From: a virus
Lineage: Duplodnaviria > Caudoviricetes
DNA: 54,561 nucleotides
Virus record (IMG/VR): IMGVR_UViG_3300009103_000042
Span: 1-54,561 of that record
Direction: 5' to 3' (one strand)
The translations under genes and the position numbers were made by a program. The notes under the pieces were generated by a model. It saw nothing but the letters and a program-made list of their open reading frames with translations. It did no database searches and was not told the origin of the DNA. Shown here in pieces: positions 1 to 9,163 of the stretch (positions within the stretch are counted from its first letter, which is position 1; every line of letters begins with the position of its first letter).

Positions 1-2
1 AA

Positions 3-797
3 TTTCCAGTAGATACTGAGAAATATCCAAATGTATTTGGACATCATTGTACATCTAAATTTAAACCTACTGATGAAGAGATTAAAGACTTTGAGCAGAT
101 ATTTGGACATAAATTTCAACAATTTCCTCTTAAAGTTATAGCCAGGTTGCAAACAGATAAAGTAGATGTTCTTATAATAAATAACAAAATAGAGTATGGT
201 GATATAGGAGATTATTTAGATAATAATCCAATATCTTACAACAATCATGCTCACATAACTCTGGCTACAGCAGAAGGAATAAAGCCTTTTGAATCTAATA
301 AAGAAATTTTAGCAAATGTTTCAACTTTAGCATTAGAATATATAGACAGTTTAGATTCATATCCAGGATTATATACCTCTAATAATAAAGCTAAGAAGTT
401 AGGACAAGCAGTTATAGTAGATATAGATAGGACTCTTTGTAATATTACTGAGAATGGTAGAAGTCCTTATGATTGGGATAGAGTAGCTGAAGATGAGCCT
501 ATAGAAGCTATGTGCCAATTAGTTAGAAATATACATAAGAAATATCATATTGTTTTATTAACTGGGAGGAGTGAAGATGCAAGAGAAGGAACAGAGGACT
601 GGTTAAGAGATAACTTCATAGATTATGATAAACTTCTAATGAAAGCTTCTGGTAGTTATGAGAAAAGCACACTTACCAAGTATGAGTCTTATGTCAATGA
701 CATTAAAGATGAGTATGATGTAGCATTTGCTATAGATGATGACCAGAGAGTAGTAGACATGTGGTCAGAGAATGGCATACTGTGCTTAAAAGTTTAA
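3..797 (+). CDS. RNA end-healing enzyme, 5'-truncated: 2H phosphoesterase fused to PNKP/PseT-type HAD phosphatase
   Basis: The frame of ORF 147..797 is open back to nt 3 (FPVDTEKYPNVFGHHCTSKF...). Two HxT motifs (HHCT, HITL...GIKPFESN) indicate a 2H fold. The C-terminal domain has HAD motifs DIDRTL, LTGRSE and AIDDD as in T4 PNK phosphatase. Confidence 0.75.
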   Translation, partial: FPVDTEKYPNVFGHHCTSKFKPTDEEIKDFEQIFGHKFQQFPLKVIARLQTDKVDVLIINNKIEYGDIGDYLDNNPISYNNHAHITLATAEGIKPFESNKEILANVSTLALEYIDSLDSYPGLYTSNNKAKKLGQAVIVDIDRTLCNITENGRSPYDWDRVAEDEPIEAMCQLVRNIHKKYHIVLLTGRSEDAREGTEDWLRDNFIDYDKLLMKASGSYEKSTLTKYESYVNDIKDEYDVAFAIDDDQRVVDMWSENGILCLKV

Positions 798-936
798 ATC
801 AAGATTTTCTTTTCATTAAATTATTTATCCATACCTAAACTGGGAATAGGTTGAGTCATCTGAAATAACGATGAGACAAAACAATATTATGGATTTAAAA
901 ATGATGTGCACACTGCAGTGAAAAGTATTCCAGTGT

Positions 937-969
937 CCAAGGGTGATCTCTAGTCTCTCACACCCTTGG
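937..969 (+). other. Intergenic hairpin
   Basis: CCAAGGGTG (937-945) pairs with CACCCTTGG (961-969). Confidence 0.5.
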
Positions 970-1020
970 CACTTTTATAATATAGCTAAATCAATTAATA
1001 ACATTTAAAACTGGGAAATT

Positions 1021-1245
1021 ATGTCTTATGAAAGCCAAAATTGTCTTTACTGTAGTAAAGAATTAGAAGTAAAGGATGCTGAAGATGTCTCATTAGGTAT
1101 ATGCTATTGTGAAGACTGTGATAAAACTTATGAACTTGAATGGGATATTGCTTGGAATGGTACTGATGAATACCATTATTGGTGGTTGACAGAGGTAAAA
1201 CATCAAGTTTTTAAGAAAGATGGAAAAATTATTAACTCAAAATAA
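1021..1245 (+). CDS. Small zinc-ribbon protein
   Basis: CLYC...CEDC motifs in 74 aa. Confidence 0.6.
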   Translation: MSYESQNCLYCSKELEVKDAEDVSLGICYCEDCDKTYELEWDIAWNGTDEYHYWWLTEVKHQVFKKDGKIINSK

Positions 1246-1251
1246 GAAATC

Positions 1252-2574
1252 ATGACGGGAAAATTAAAAATAAATGAAATTATATTAAATAAATGTGGTT
1301 TTGAAAAATATGAGGAACTATTAAAGCTACCTTATGAAGATCAGGTATTTAGATATTATTCTGAAAATTTTGGGAGAGGATTAAATATTTCTAAAATAGT
1401 AGAATCAGATGATAAAGTATATTTATCTAATTGTTATTATACTATATACTTAGGTAGTAAATCTTTATATATTAAAAAGACTTCTTTTGATGGAATAACT
1501 TATAATAAAAAGGGATCTTCTACTAAAAGAGCTAAAATATGGAAAGGAGCCAAGTTAGGAGAAGTAAATAATTATCATGACTTCTTCGAACATATGAAAT
1601 GCGAATGGTTTACTCAAATGCCTGTAATATGTCTTGATTATATAACAACAGGTATGTTAGGTAATATTTTATCCAAAAATATTTCAAATCCAAGAGAGTT
1701 CTTTCGTTATTACATAAAGAGATGTATTAGACTAGATATATCTCCTGAATTATTATATCAAGCTATTAAATGTATTGCGGATTCTCCTGAATGGGTTGAT
1801 GATTCAGACTTTTATGAGAAGATAATTAGAAAATATGACAGTAAAAGACTGATTGAGAATGATGGATTTACTGCAAGTTACCTTTATAATTCTTTTAAAA
1901 GTAAAGGTACCTTTTTATGGTGGTTAAGAGTGGCTAAAAATCCTAATATTTTCTTAAGTCAAATTATAAATGGAGCAGAGTTTCTACATTATAAGGATAT
2001 AGATGATATAGTAAGACAGGCAAATGTGTTATGTAAGAAAATTGATTATGATTGGTCTCCTGCTAGATTTAAGGAAGTTCATAAAGAATGGACTGATATA
2101 ATTATTATGAAAAATAAGGATACTATTCCTGATGTTGATTATAATTATAAAGGACTCCCTGATCTTCCTAAAAATTGGAAATTGATAAAGAATGATAAAG
2201 AATTATATGAAGAAGGAGCTATTATGCGTCATTGTGTTTATCAAAGATCCCCTCTTGTAGTTACAGGGTTCTCTTTTATTATTCATGTTTGTTATGAAGG
2301 TGAAAAAAGTGTATTTCCTATGTCTAATAATATTAAGGCTGCTGAATACACTGTAGAAGTAGGACACAAAGATCTTTACGGAATAGAATTTAAAGTGGTA
2401 GATATAAGAGGGAAGTATAATGAAACTGCATCTAATGATGTGTATGAACATGTTTCAAGTATTATTGATAAAGAAACTAACAAGAACTTTTTCATAAATA
2501 ATTATAGAGAATTGTCTATTAAAGATAAGGATAAAGAGGTTGATACATACGTAAATTATAATGATTATGCATAA
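1252..2574 (+). CDS. PcfJ-like domain protein
   Basis: C-terminal LYEEGAIMRHCVY motif and later RGKYN, typical of the PcfJ family. Confidence 0.7.
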   Translation: MTGKLKINEIILNKCGFEKYEELLKLPYEDQVFRYYSENFGRGLNISKIVESDDKVYLSNCYYTIYLGSKSLYIKKTSFDGITYNKKGSSTKRAKIWKGAKLGEVNNYHDFFEHMKCEWFTQMPVICLDYITTGMLGNILSKNISNPREFFRYYIKRCIRLDISPELLYQAIKCIADSPEWVDDSDFYEKIIRKYDSKRLIENDGFTASYLYNSFKSKGTFLWWLRVAKNPNIFLSQIINGAEFLHYKDIDDIVRQANVLCKKIDYDWSPARFKEVHKEWTDIIIMKNKDTIPDVDYNYKGLPDLPKNWKLIKNDKELYEEGAIMRHCVYQRSPLVVTGFSFIIHVCYEGEKSVFPMSNNIKAAEYTVEVGHKDLYGIEFKVVDIRGKYNETASNDVYEHVSSIIDKETNKNFFINNYRELSIKDKDKEVDTYVNYNDYA

Positions 2575-2815
2575 TACTTTAAAATGTCATTTTCCTATAT
2601 TAATCACTATAGACACTTTACAAAAAGTAAAGAATTCAAGAAGAGTGATTGCAAAAGTCCATAAAGATCTATATGAAGAATGGAAGCTATCCCCATGTAA
2701 AAATGCGGATGCTTCTTACTTCTTCAGAGAGATGTCTCATTTACAAGAAGAATTAAACTATTTAAAAGAAGTTGAGGAAGACGCTAAATTATTACTAATA
2801 ACACAATTAAATTAA
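2561..2815 (+). CDS. Hypothetical protein
   Basis: 84-aa ORF overlapping the upstream stop, same strand as its neighbours. Confidence 0.55.
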   Translation: MIMHNTLKCHFPILITIDTLQKVKNSRRVIAKVHKDLYEEWKLSPCKNADASYFFREMSHLQEELNYLKEVEEDAKLLLITQLN

Positions 2816-2841
2816 TTTACTCATTAAAAAAGGAAGAGAAA

Positions 2842-2955
2842 ATGAAAAAATTATTAGAAAATATAGCGGATTATTTATTACAATTTATTATGTTAGGGCT
2901 TCTTATTATTTCAGTAATGACAATAGTGATGGCCTTTCATGTAAATATATATTAG
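2842..2955 (+). CDS. Small membrane peptide (37 aa, not in ORF track)
   Basis: Hand translation MKKLLENIADYLLQFIMLGLLIISVMTIVMAFHVNIY*; one hydrophobic helix; A-rich leader. Confidence 0.5.
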   Translation: MKKLLENIADYLLQFIMLGLLIISVMTIVMAFHVNIY

Positions 2956-3031
2956 GGAAAAGTCGACTATCCCTATTGGTAACCTCCCAAGCTCCAAAGG
3001 GGAGGGGGGTTACTTATTTTATAATATAAAT

Positions 3032-3240
3032 TGAGTGGAACTGGCGAAAAGTTCACTTGTAAGTACATTCAAGGAAATGTACCTCTTCAATGTAAGAGAT
3101 AGTGTGAGGACACTCACTTATGCGATGGTATAAGCTATACACTCAGACGCCTGTAGAAGCACCAATTAAGAAAGGAGTAGGCAGAGAATTAATTTAACCG
3201 ATAGGTTTCATTTTTAGGGCCTCTGCTGAAACTTTCTTTT
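3032..3240 (+). ncRNA. Candidate structured ncRNA, multibranch; strand inferred from context
   Basis: TGAGTG(3032)/CACTCA(3140) closes stems GAACT/AGTTC, GTACATT/AATGTAC, CTCTT/AAGAG, GTGAG/CTCAC and CTTAT/ATAAG. A second domain has AAGAAAG/CTTTCTT with GCAGAG/CTCTGC. Confidence 0.5.
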
Positions 3241-3412
3241 ACAATTGTTTAAAGACATTAAGAGCATTAAAGACATTTTCACACCTTTCAGTTAAACTAT
3301 GTTTATCCAATAAGGTAATTAATTAGATTATTATAGCTAGATTCCCGTCCTATGGTTACATCTAAGAAAGGTGTTATAGACATTAATTATAATTTTAATT
3401 AAACTTAATAAA

Positions 3413-3577
3413 ATGAAAATTGATCTTACAAAAAAGGGACCAATAAAGGCTATTGGTGATCCTACACAACAAGAATTTAATGAAAAAGAATTATTTAAAA
3501 ATTATGAAGAATTTTTACAAATATCATTATATCCTAGTATAATGGAAATGATAAATAAAAGCAAATTAGAGAATTAG
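3413..3577 (+). CDS. Small hypothetical protein (54 aa, not in ORF track)
   Basis: Hand translation MKIDLTKKGPIKAIGDPTQQEF...KLEN*; A-rich leader. Confidence 0.45.
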   Translation: MKIDLTKKGPIKAIGDPTQQEFNEKELFKNYEEFLQISLYPSIMEMINKSKLEN

Positions 3578-3777
3578 TTTATTGGTTTTAGTATGGTTCA
3601 CAATAAACTTAAGGGCAAGGTATGGTTAATCCTTGCCCTGCTTAATGCTACCATGTTCAAGTTGTACAGCTAAAAATATAATCTGTAGCTGGTTAACTAT
3701 TAACATGCAGGTCACAAGTCCTGATAAATGCAGAGTGGGCAAATTAACATTAATTATTAAAAATAATTTAAAATAAC

Positions 3778-4329
3778 ATGAAAACTACAGTAAAAACATT
3801 GGTTAAAGGAGATACTCTACTTGTTTCCGCTAAAGGAGTGAAAGGTGGAAAAGTTCAATTAGAGTTCGCTGAGCATGTAACAAATCCTTATGCTTCAGCA
3901 AGTAATTCATTAGTATCTGCATTAAACAGATCTGATGATAGATTTTCTTCTAGACCAAGGAGAGCATGGATTTCAGGAGAAAAAGTAGATATAGAAGATC
4001 TACTAGGAATTAAGCTTTCTTCAATGGAAGAAGGAGATATAAAAGAACTTAATATATTAAACCCTAAAATTAAGGGACAAAAAGTTCGAGTTCAGATTAA
4101 TGAGACTACTGAACCAGATTCATATCAACAAGATAACATTGAAGATACTGCTAAAAGAGCAGGTGCAGAAGGAGATTTCATTTTCTATAAGGGTGATCAT
4201 ATTTTCAGCAATCCAAGTGCTGTAATAGGTGAGCCTAATCATGTATTTCTACCAGGAGATACTGATGAGACAGAAAGTGCAAGCTCTAGTGAAGCTGCAT
4301 ATGAAGCTCCAGAAGAGCTAACTGCGTAA
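3778..4329 (+). CDS. Phage protein with acidic C-terminal tail (possibly nucleic-acid binding)
   Basis: 183-aa ORF with strong A-rich leader, acidic tail and its own terminator. Confidence 0.6.
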   Translation: MKTTVKTLVKGDTLLVSAKGVKGGKVQLEFAEHVTNPYASASNSLVSALNRSDDRFSSRPRRAWISGEKVDIEDLLGIKLSSMEEGDIKELNILNPKIKGQKVRVQINETTEPDSYQQDNIEDTAKRAGAEGDFIFYKGDHIFSNPSAVIGEPNHVFLPGDTDETESASSSEAAYEAPEELTA

Positions 4330-4349
4330 TTATTACGCGTATAATTAAT

Positions 4350-4391
4350 AAGAATAAGGGTAATCGAGAGGTTACCTTTATTCTTTTTTTT
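4350..4391 (+). terminator. Intrinsic terminator
   Basis: AAGAATAAGGGTAATC-GAGA-GGTTACCTTTATTCTT stem-loop followed by a T-run. Confidence 0.75.
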
Positions 4392-4413
4392 AGAATCACT
4401 TAAAAGAAATAAG

Positions 4414-4596
4414 ATGGGAATACCAAAATTAAAAATAAAGAGAGAAAGATTAAATAATTATATATTTCACTATAATCCATATAGTAAAATGTGGAATATG
4501 ATACCAAGAGATAGTCAAGTGGATTACTGGAATGGTAAATGTACTGATTGTAAAAAAGACGAAAGTTTGACAGCATTACTTAAGAAATTGTTATGA
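4414..4596 (+). CDS. Hypothetical protein
   Basis: 60-aa ORF with ATGA overlap into the next gene. Confidence 0.6.
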   Translation: MGIPKLKIKRERLNNYIFHYNPYSKMWNMIPRDSQVDYWNGKCTDCKKDESLTALLKKLL

Positions 4597-4805
4597 AAAA
4601 TCAAATAAATCTTAATCCATTAGGAGCATTATTAATTTATATGATCCTATTAGCAACTTATTCTTTCTGTATATGGCAAACTGCCATTACTTTCTATCCA
4701 GTGCAACAAGAGATGGAAATAAATGATTGGAAGAAGAGATGTGAAAAATGCCATTGGCAATTATTAAAAGCAAATGGAGAATTAGAAAAACAAAATAGAA
4801 AATGA
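4593..4805 (+). CDS. Small membrane protein
   Basis: N-terminal hydrophobic helix (LGALLIYMILLATYSFCIW); ATGA-coupled on both sides. Confidence 0.6.
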   Translation: MKNQINLNPLGALLIYMILLATYSFCIWQTAITFYPVQQEMEINDWKKRCEKCHWQLLKANGELEKQNRK

Positions 4806-5026
4806 GTAAATATATTATAATACTCTCAATATTATTTATGTCTTGCGGAAATGATAATCCTCGTAAGCAAATGGAATACAAAAAGAGAGGAAAATTAATT
4901 GAAGGAACCATGTATACTACCAACAGTGGTGCAGTTATAGAAGTAATAGATAGTTTAGAAGGACATAAAATTATACTATGGCACCGTGGTTATGGTAGTG
5001 ATATGGAAATTATAAAAATTAAATAA
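4802..5026 (+). CDS. Putative lipoprotein
   Basis: MSKYIIILSILFMS-C signal peptide with lipobox-like Cys15. Confidence 0.6.
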   Translation: MSKYIIILSILFMSCGNDNPRKQMEYKKRGKLIEGTMYTTNSGAVIEVIDSLEGHKIILWHRGYGSDMEIIKIK

Positions 5027-5030
5027 AATT

Positions 5031-5402
5031 ATGACTACAGAAACATTTACAAATTATTATAAAGATGATGGGTTTCATATTGAATTATGGAATGAGAATT
5101 GTTATGTAACCAGAGAAAATACTGCTAGTGTTGAAGCTTATGAATGCAGTGTAGAATGGGATTTTACAATAGAGATGAGGTCTTGGGGGGTAAAAGATAT
5201 AAGTGCTTACGCTACTAAAGTTCATTTATCAATTATGGTAGAATATTATGACAAAGATGAGAATATTCACGATGAAGAGATTGAGGTGGATTTAAAGGAC
5301 TGGAAAATAGATAGTGAAAGAGATACAGACAATGAAGGACTGTATACCTGTATAAATGTAGCTTTTGATTTTAAAGAGAAATTAATAACAGTTTATTTTT
5401 AA
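5031..5402 (+). CDS. Acidic hypothetical protein
   Basis: 123-aa D/E-rich ORF. Confidence 0.65.
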   Translation: MTTETFTNYYKDDGFHIELWNENCYVTRENTASVEAYECSVEWDFTIEMRSWGVKDISAYATKVHLSIMVEYYDKDENIHDEEIEVDLKDWKIDSERDTDNEGLYTCINVAFDFKEKLITVYF

Positions 5403-5413
5403 TAATTAAAAAG

Positions 5414-7423
5414 ATGATATACCTAGTAACAAATCAAAAGAATCTGTTTGGACATATAACGGCAGATATATCATTTGCAAGTTGTCAGGAATTAAGAGAT
5501 TACTTCAAGGATAAAGATGAAGTTGAGTTTGATACAGAGACTGGTGGATTTGATCCTTGGGTATGTAAGTTAATTTCTGCACAATTTGGAGATGCAAATA
5601 ATCAATTTGTAGTAGATACTGCAAGTGTAGATATAAGAGAATTCAAAGAGCTTCTTGAAACCAAGCTAATACTTATGCAAAATGCAAAGTTTGATTTGAA
5701 ATTCTTATATCACCATAGAATAATCCCTACAAAAGTTTATGATACTTTCTTAGCAGAAAGTGTCTTAAACATGGGAAAAAGACAAGTAAGAAAGTCATTA
5801 GATAAACTAGTGGCTAGATATTGTAAAGAAACAATGAGTAAGGAAGTGAGAGGTCTTATTCATAAAGAAGGTTTAAGTGTACAAGTAATTAGATATGCCG
5901 CAGGAGATGTTAAGTATTTAGGTAGAATTAAAGAACTTCAGGTTATTAAGCTAAAAGAACTAGACCTGATGCCTTCCCTTGCTCTTGACAACAAGTTTGT
6001 AAGGGTTCTGGCTTATATAGAATATTGTGGATTTAAATTAGATGCAAATAAATGGGCAACAAAAATGAAAGAAGATAGTCAACTTGTCATTAGTTGTGAA
6101 GAGAGATTAAATGAATGGGTAGTTAGCAATAATAAGAGAAAGTATATAAATTCTCAATTAGATTTGTTTAACGATAAGATAACTTGTAAAATAAACTGGA
6201 ATAGTGAAAAACAAGTTATTCCTCTATTCAAAGATCTTGGCGTTAATACCAAGACTAAAGATAAGGACACTGGAAAAATGAAAGACAGTGTGGATGCAAG
6301 AGTGTTACAAACAGAAGTAAAGAAACATGAGATGGTTCCATTATATATGGAGTATAAGAAAGTCGGTAAATTAGTTTCTTCTTTTGGTGGAAGTGTTTTA
6401 AAGCAGGTTCATAGTGTGACAGGTAGAATCCACACTACATATAAGCAAATATTAGATACTGGTAGAATGTCCTGTGGGGGTAAAAATAGAAGTACTAGTC
6501 CTCCAACAGAATATGTAAATCTGCAACAGATTCCCAGGGATTCAAGGCATAGAGAATGTTTCATTGCTGAGGATGACTGTGTTTTAATTGTAGCAGATTA
6601 TGCAGGACAGGAATCAGTAGTATTTGCTAACAAATGTAAGGATAAAGATATCCTTAAATTTTATCAGGAAGGATTAGGAGATATGCATTCATTTGTAGCT
6701 TCTAAGATATATCCTGAATTAGAGGGATTGGAATTAGATAGAATTAAGAAAGAGTTTAAAAGAGAAAGACAAAACGCTAAAGCTGCTGGATTTGCAATTC
6801 AGTATGGTGGTGTAGGAGCTACAATAGCAAATAACTTAGGGTTGCCTATAGAAGAAGGTGATAAGATATATGATGCTTACTTTAAAGCATTCCCAGGAGT
6901 TAAGAGCTATTTTGTAACCTGTAAAGCAGATGCACTAGCAAAGGGGTATATATTATTAAATAATATATCTAACAGAAAGTCTTTTATTGAGTTCTTTGAT
7001 GACTATCTAAAGCTTAAAGAAAGAATGGATGCTCCCGGATTCTGGGATGAGTATAAAGCTCATAAGAGAGCTAACTCCGCAAAGTTCATTACTGAGTATA
7101 AACCATTAGTTAGAGATTATTTTAAGAAGAAGGGTATGATAGAGAGAAAGTCTCTTAATTATCCTGTTCAAGGTACTTCTGCAGAGATAACTAAATTTGG
7201 AGGAGTCCTCTTTTTTAATTATCTTGAAGCTAACAATCTCCTTTTTAAAGATGTAAGAATTTGTAATATCATTCACGATGAAATAGTCGTAGAATGTAAG
7301 AAAGATATTGCAAGAAAAATGGCAAGTAAACTAAAGGAGTGCATGGAAAAGGCAGGAGAACCTTTCTGTCCAACTATTCCTCTTAAAGCAGAGCCTTGTA
7401 TAACTGAATTTTGGAATCATTAA
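5414..7423 (+). CDS. polA: Family A DNA polymerase with 3'-5' exonuclease
   Basis: Exonuclease motifs DTET, NAKFD, YAAGD; TGRMS; motif A ADYAGQE, motif B RQNAKAAGFAIQYG, NYPVQG, motif C IHDE. No 5'-3' exonuclease domain. Confidence 0.96.
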   Translation: MIYLVTNQKNLFGHITADISFASCQELRDYFKDKDEVEFDTETGGFDPWVCKLISAQFGDANNQFVVDTASVDIREFKELLETKLILMQNAKFDLKFLYHHRIIPTKVYDTFLAESVLNMGKRQVRKSLDKLVARYCKETMSKEVRGLIHKEGLSVQVIRYAAGDVKYLGRIKELQVIKLKELDLMPSLALDNKFVRVLAYIEYCGFKLDANKWATKMKEDSQLVISCEERLNEWVVSNNKRKYINSQLDLFNDKITCKINWNSEKQVIPLFKDLGVNTKTKDKDTGKMKDSVDARVLQTEVKKHEMVPLYMEYKKVGKLVSSFGGSVLKQVHSVTGRIHTTYKQILDTGRMSCGGKNRSTSPPTEYVNLQQIPRDSRHRECFIAEDDCVLIVADYAGQESVVFANKCKDKDILKFYQEGLGDMHSFVASKIYPELEGLELDRIKKEFKRERQNAKAAGFAIQYGGVGATIANNLGLPIEEGDKIYDAYFKAFPGVKSYFVTCKADALAKGYILLNNISNRKSFIEFFDDYLKLKERMDAPGFWDEYKAHKRANSAKFITEYKPLVRDYFKKKGMIERKSLNYPVQGTSAEITKFGGVLFFNYLEANNLLFKDVRICNIIHDEIVVECKKDIARKMASKLKECMEKAGEPFCPTIPLKAEPCITEFWNH

Positions 7424-7432
7424 ATAATAAAT

Positions 7433-7678
7433 ATGAGTAAAGAAATATACGTAATAGCACATACTTATGAAGACATTGATTTAACTATTAGTGTATTTTA
7501 TAGTAATCATAAGGCTGTTAAATATGCTTCAGAGTGGTTTGAAGGTGATGGTTTTAGAAAACCTCATGATATAGATGAACCTATAGAAGAATATTTTTCT
7601 GATTATTGGGAATTTATTCAAGAGGAGCAGGATAATCAATCTAATTTAGCAATAACATTTGAAATCATTAAATTATAA
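7433..7678 (+). CDS. Acidic hypothetical protein
   Basis: 81-aa ORF in a tightly packed gene run. Confidence 0.6.
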   Translation: MSKEIYVIAHTYEDIDLTISVFYSNHKAVKYASEWFEGDGFRKPHDIDEPIEEYFSDYWEFIQEEQDNQSNLAITFEIIKL

Positions 7679-7680
7679 TT

Positions 7681-8019
7681 ATGGAAGAAAATAAACTAAT
7701 AGCAGAATTTATGGGAAGAGAGTATGTAGATGAGAATTTAATTGAGTTTAAAAACTTCTCTGCATATAAAACTATAACATTAGACGAAAATGGGCATCCT
7801 GATGATATAGTTTACACTGATTGCTTTGACCCAGACAATGAATTAGAATATCATACATCTTGGGATTGGCTTATGCCTGTAATAACAAATATTTTAGAAA
7901 AATGTAGTGAGTTAGATGATATGGAAAGATATCATTGTATTATAGACCAAATTCCTCAAATAGACCATACTTACAAAGCAGTAGTAGAATTTATAAAATG
8001 GTATAATAAAAATAAATAA
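7681..8019 (+). CDS. Phage hypothetical protein
   Basis: NKLIAEFMG...YHTSWDWLMPV pattern, which I recall from other phage hypothetical proteins. Confidence 0.65.
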   Translation: MEENKLIAEFMGREYVDENLIEFKNFSAYKTITLDENGHPDDIVYTDCFDPDNELEYHTSWDWLMPVITNILEKCSELDDMERYHCIIDQIPQIDHTYKAVVEFIKWYNKNK

Positions 8020-8021
8020 TT

Positions 8022-8174
8022 ATGGAAAATTGTCGGTTTTGTAGTAAACCTACTCCAAATACAAGAATATGGAAATTAGGGAGCCGTAAGTTTATTTCTC
8101 CATTTTGTGATGATGAATGCAAGAGTGAGTATGAAAAAATTAAACAAGAGATAGGTAAACAAAAAAAAAAATAG
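8022..8174 (+). CDS. Small treble-clef zinc-finger protein (50 aa, not in ORF track)
   Basis: Hand translation MENCRFCSKPTPNTRIWKLGSRKFISPFCDDECKSEYEKIKQEIGKQKKK*; fills the gap between 8019 and 8178. Confidence 0.6.
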   Translation: MENCRFCSKPTPNTRIWKLGSRKFISPFCDDECKSEYEKIKQEIGKQKKK

Positions 8175-8177
8175 AAA

Positions 8178-8516
8178 ATGGCAAATAATGAAGAAGCTAA
8201 AACATATAATGAATTTTATGGTGTTTACTATGATACCATTGTAAATAAACAACCTAATGATAATAAGGTTTGGACTAAAGAACATTTAGAAATGCTTGAT
8301 GTATGTACAAAAAGCAACGAAGGAATACGCAATATGGTTAAGTATTTCGAAAGAAAAGGTAAATCTATTAAAGCCATGCAAAGAAAAAGAGCATATGAGA
8401 GATTAGAGTTTTTAAATAAATTACTCCTGGAATTTGAATATCAGGACAAGTATGAGTTGCTAAAAAGCACCATATCTGAAATAAAGTTTCTTAAAAAGTT
8501 TCTAAATATAAATTAA
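8178..8516 (+). CDS. Hypothetical protein
   Basis: 112-aa ORF with TAATG coupling to the next gene. Confidence 0.6.
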   Translation: MANNEEAKTYNEFYGVYYDTIVNKQPNDNKVWTKEHLEMLDVCTKSNEGIRNMVKYFERKGKSIKAMQRKRAYERLEFLNKLLLEFEYQDKYELLKSTISEIKFLKKFLNIN

Positions 8517-8767
8517 TGAAACAGAATAAATATTACATATTTGGTAAAAGTGCAGTTGATATAGTGGAAGAAAATGAATTAAATTTTTCAGAGATACAGA
8601 TTGCTAATAAGATTCAAAGAGAAGATATTTTTTATGAGATATTGGAGTTTAATATGTCAAATCCAAATCCTGATTTATTATTAGCTGCCTATGATGGGTG
8701 GATGGCTCATTATCCTATTACTAAATCTCTTTATAATTTATTAAAAAAACACGAAGGTGGAAACTAA
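8516..8767 (+). CDS. Hypothetical protein
   Basis: 83-aa ORF. Confidence 0.6.
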   Translation: MKQNKYYIFGKSAVDIVEENELNFSEIQIANKIQREDIFYEILEFNMSNPNPDLLLAAYDGWMAHYPITKSLYNLLKKHEGGN

Positions 8768-9146
8768 AACTTGTTCAACATGTGGAGAAACAAAAAGTTT
8801 GGATAACTATTATAAAGATAAAAAAGCTAGTGATGGCTTAGTATTTCAATGCAAGAAGTGTTACGGAATAAGAATGAAAAAACATAATTCTAAACCTTCT
8901 TCGATGGAAAAAAGAAGAATATTTCAGAGAAAAAGGAGCAAAACTCCTAAAGCTAAGAAATATTTTGCTAAATACCATAGAAAATGGAGAAAAGAGAGGT
9001 CTTTTGATAACGATGCTTATATATCTAGATTAATAACCCATAAATCTCCTGAATTAGAGAAGAAAGATATTACAAAAGAGATGTTGGAACTTAAAAGGAA
9101 GCATCTTAAGATGTGTAGAGCTCTTAGGGAAATGAAAGGTAAATAA
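8757..9146 (+). CDS. Zinc-finger, basic putative DNA-binding protein
   Basis: CSTC...CKKC, K/R-rich helix, C-terminal DAYISRL...DITKEMLELKR. Confidence 0.65.
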   Translation: METKTCSTCGETKSLDNYYKDKKASDGLVFQCKKCYGIRMKKHNSKPSSMEKRRIFQRKRSKTPKAKKYFAKYHRKWRKERSFDNDAYISRLITHKSPELEKKDITKEMLELKRKHLKMCRALREMKGK

Positions 9147-9163
9147 ATTAATAGTAGACAATT

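Noticed and set aside
3248-3278. TTAAAGACATT direct repeat as a CRISPR or iteron array
   Set aside because: Only two short copies, no spacer structure, no cas genes.
2955-3777. tRNA genes in the intergenic regions
   Set aside because: No cloverleaf with a T-loop GTTCRA and a matching acceptor stem was found by eye.
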